DNA of 32,000 bases from Vibrio vulnificus CMCP6. Lineage in GTDB: Bacteria; Pseudomonadota; Gammaproteobacteria; Enterobacterales; Vibrionaceae. The stretch's first letter is position 1, and the number at the start of each line of letters is the position of its first letter. The notes under the pieces are model-generated. The model was not told the DNA's origin, searched no databases, and saw only the letters and a program-made list of their open reading frames with translations. Below are positions 29,577-32,000 of this stretch, piece after piece. The translations under genes and the position numbers were made by a program. The DNA is taken from positions 2,751,127-2,783,126 of the forward strand of contig NC_004459.3 of NCBI RefSeq assembly GCF_000039765.1. The letters run 5' to 3'.

Positions 29577-31016
29577 TTAATTCTGTTGATTGAAACGCTT
29601 TGCTAAAACTGCAAACAATAAGGCGATGAGTGGATAACGAAGAGTCTCGACAATGAAAGAATAGAGACCACTGTAAGCGATAACACCTTGAGCCAAAGTG
29701 ATGATCAAGTTGAAGGAAAGCAACGCCACAACAATGATCAACGTATGACCTTGAGAGAGTGATACCTGCGTGGTTTTGAAGAACACCACCAACAGTGAAA
29801 TCACAATTAATGTGGCTAACCAAGCGGAAAACACCGGTAATGGCCACATAGCGGTTAACACCGCAGCCAACACGGCCATCGCAATCCAAACGCTTTTTGC
29901 GCCAAGCAACTGAGCGACGTTCACATTCGGTTTGCTATCCAAACGAATGATGTGCCACGCCACTAAGCCACCGAGCAAACCACCAATCATCATATCGGCG
30001 ATAAACGCGGCGCCAGAGTAGAATTTGCCAAACATCATCACGCTGATCACTAACGAAGTCAATCTTAGTGCTCGTCCACTTCGCAACCAGCCTAGTCGGC
30101 GTAAAATCAAAGCAGATAAACACGCCCAAACCGCAATAGGTAAGCTCGGAAAACCGAAACCATAACTTTGCGTCATCTCAAGCACTGGCCAATAGACATG
30201 TGGCCTAGGAAGAGCAAACCCTTGTTGAGCAACCAAGCAAAGCAGTGACGTAGCAACAACGGCAAAAAACAATTGATAGGTAAAATCTCGGCCAAAACGC
30301 CACATAGCTAATGGCATTACCACTAAAAGTATTTCAGGCGAAGTCAGATAAATCGCGAAGTAGCTGAGCAACAAACCCAATGCGCTCAGCACTGGAGACG
30401 ATGCAACAAACGCTTGTAGTTGCATTAACCAACCCAGCTCCACTTGATGATAACTTGGCGCCGATTCAACCAAATCATTGACGTAGGCCACCGCTTGATC
30501 CGTCGCTTGCCCAAACATCTGTTGCACCATTGGCCATTGTTGCGGATAACGGTATTGACTCGCTTCAAGCGCCAAAGGAGACAGTAGCATTGCAGAGGCA
30601 ATTTCGACGCCGTAGTGTGGGGCGAACCAAACCGGAAGCTCATTACCATCTAAACTATTGTTGAAGTTGAACGCCACTACCGATGAATCAGAAATACAGT
30701 CATAGAATACCGCCTGTTCATTGTAGCCAAGCACTTTACCTACGGTAACCACCAGCCCGGTTTCTTCCCAAGTTTCTCTTTGCGCGGTAAGCGCAGGGTC
30801 CTCACCCGCAATGATCGTTCCTCCAGGAAGAGAAATTTGATGAGTTAAGATCTCATTGACTAAAACCAACTTGTCATCTGCACGGACGATACACAGCGCC
30901 CCTTTCAATCCCTCAGGTAATGAGGTTGAAGAGGTCGCAAAAGAGAAAGTGGAATACACCAATGAAATAATGAGACTGAATACAACGAAAAATGACCGCT
31001 TATACACGCCAGACAA
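29577..31016 (-). CDS. Exported Nudix hydrolase fused to a PAP2-like multi-TM domain
   Basis: Signal-like N-terminus RSFFVVFSLIISLVYSTFSFA; full Nudix box GGTIIAGEDPALTAQRETWEETGLV; C-terminal multi-TM with LPRPHVYWP / YGFGFPSLP / FYSGAAFIADMMIGG aligned to PAP2 motifs. Confidence 0.82.
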   Translation of the reverse strand: MSGVYKRSFFVVFSLIISLVYSTFSFATSSTSLPEGLKGALCIVRADDKLVLVNEILTHQISLPGGTIIAGEDPALTAQRETWEETGLVVTVGKVLGYNEQAVFYDCISDSSVVAFNFNNSLDGNELPVWFAPHYGVEIASAMLLSPLALEASQYRYPQQWPMVQQMFGQATDQAVAYVNDLVESAPSYHQVELGWLMQLQAFVASSPVLSALGLLLSYFAIYLTSPEILLVVMPLAMWRFGRDFTYQLFFAVVATSLLCLVAQQGFALPRPHVYWPVLEMTQSYGFGFPSLPIAVWACLSALILRRLGWLRSGRALRLTSLVISVMMFGKFYSGAAFIADMMIGGLLGGLVAWHIIRLDSKPNVNVAQLLGAKSVWIAMAVLAAVLTAMWPLPVFSAWLATLIVISLLVVFFKTTQVSLSQGHTLIIVVALLSFNLIITLAQGVIAYSGLYSFIVETLRYPLIALLFAVLAKRFNQQN

Positions 31017-31255
31017 CCTTTACTTTACCTATTGTTTTATTTGTATCTTTTGAGAACGAAGCCATCGATTCGTACACCGAGATCTCTTTACTCAAAAGAG
31101 TTGGCGCAATAATGACAGGAAACTCGATATTTTTCGACCTAAATTAACTTCAATCTGCGAGATGAAAGCCGTATTGAACGTCGTATCTATCGTCCCAAAC
31201 CATAGCCACGTCTCTCGGTTGACACCCTACTTCACTCCTTTGTGTCTTTAGCCGT

Positions 31256-31288
31256 TAAAAAGAAACAAGCCTCGCAAACGAGGCTTGT
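31256..31288 (-). terminator. Terminator of the chitin-binding protein gene
   Basis: ACAAGCCTCG-CAAA-CGAGGCTTGT; minus-strand T-rich tail. Confidence 0.7.
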
Positions 31289-31295
31289 GGGTAAG

Positions 31296-32000
31296 TTAAA
31301 GTTTTGTCCAAGCTTGTTGCCAATTAGTGCCCACGCCTGGCTCATAGGCACTCGGGGTTGAACCACACCATAAGTTATAAGGCCATGACTTACACTGGTA
31401 TGTCGAACCTACATTAGTCACGACGTCACCCGCACTGTAGTTTGTCCCCGCCACATAAGCATTGGCATCGGTTGGCGGTGTTGGCTCTGGTGTTGTTGGC
31501 GGTTCGGGCGTCGTTGGGGGCTCTGTTGGTGTGGTGCCAGAGCCCGAACAATCTGAGCTACCGACAACTTGCCATACTCCCCACGGGCCAGAGTCAGACG
31601 GGTTATCCCCTTGAGTCCACCAGCCGGCTTTCCAAGATTGACCAGCCCAGCTCACCACGTCACCCGTGTTGTAGACTTTGCTTGCCTGCCATTCGTTAGC
31701 GCACGTGCCATCTGGTGGTGTGGTGGTATCTTTCGCGCTTGCCGAGACTTCCGCGCGATAGATCGTTGAGGTTTTGTCGATTTCAAATGATAACGCCGCT
31801 TTGGCCGTACCCGCGGAGCTTGCCCCGAACTCAATAGAGACACGACAGGTTTGACCATTAGAAAGCGTCGATAATGTACAGAGATCACTACTGATCACTG
31901 GCTTGGTGGCAACGCCAGATCCGGTCACACTCAAGCGGCCAACCGTAAAGCTGCCTGTGCCTGTGTTTTTGATCGTGAAAGTGTGATTTTTCAACTCACC
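31296..32000 (-). CDS. 3' part of a multidomain secreted protein: choice-of-anchor/ASH-like domain plus two CBM5/12 chitin-binding domains (truncated at the window edge)
   Basis: CANEWQASKVYNTGDVVSWAGQSWKAGWWTQGDNP and NAYVAGTNYSAGDVVTNVGSTYQCKSWPYNLWC separated by a TPTEPPTTPEPPTTPEPTPP linker; the called start is only a TTG at 31994 and the frame stays open to 32000. Confidence 0.8.
   Translation of the reverse strand, partial: GELKNHTFTIKNTGTGSFTVGRLSVTGSGVATKPVISSDLCTLSTLSNGQTCRVSIEFGASSAGTAKAALSFEIDKTSTIYRAEVSASAKDTTTPPDGTCANEWQASKVYNTGDVVSWAGQSWKAGWWTQGDNPSDSGPWGVWQVVGSSDCSGSGTTPTEPPTTPEPPTTPEPTPPTDANAYVAGTNYSAGDVVTNVGSTYQCKSWPYNLWCGSTPSAYEPGVGTNWQQAWTKL

Overview
The window looks like Vibrio-type chromosomal DNA (inference from protein resemblance). 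Left to right it holds: a siroheme synthase-like (precorrin-2 dehydrogenase) gene; a complete aapJQMP-type amino-acid ABC operon; a Bax inhibitor-1 family protein; a small orphan ParB-like protein; tusE, acylphosphatase, an MCP and rlmI; a diverged, 5'-truncated second copy of the 3' end of rlmI; and a giant (~2,940 aa) LapA-type RTX adhesin. That adhesin has a TAAG dialanine LapG-like cleavage motif, exact 309-bp and near-exact 252-bp tandem repeats, a VWA domain and C-terminal RTX repeats. It is divergent from a TolC-family gene and an OmpA-like gene, which are followed by a DUF2750 gene and a periplasmic-TPR/GGDEF protein. The right part has queC/queE, a YidA-like HAD phosphatase, a second MCP, an exported Nudix-PAP2 fusion whose PAP2 catalytic motifs look degenerate, and the 3' part of a chitin-binding multidomain gene running off the window. 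I see no clear novel defence system, CRISPR array, integrase, rRNA or tRNA. The best leads are the adhesin/secretion/c-di-GMP neighbourhood with its exact internal repeats, the rlmI 3' partial duplication scar beside it, and the Nudix + degenerate PAP2 fusion.
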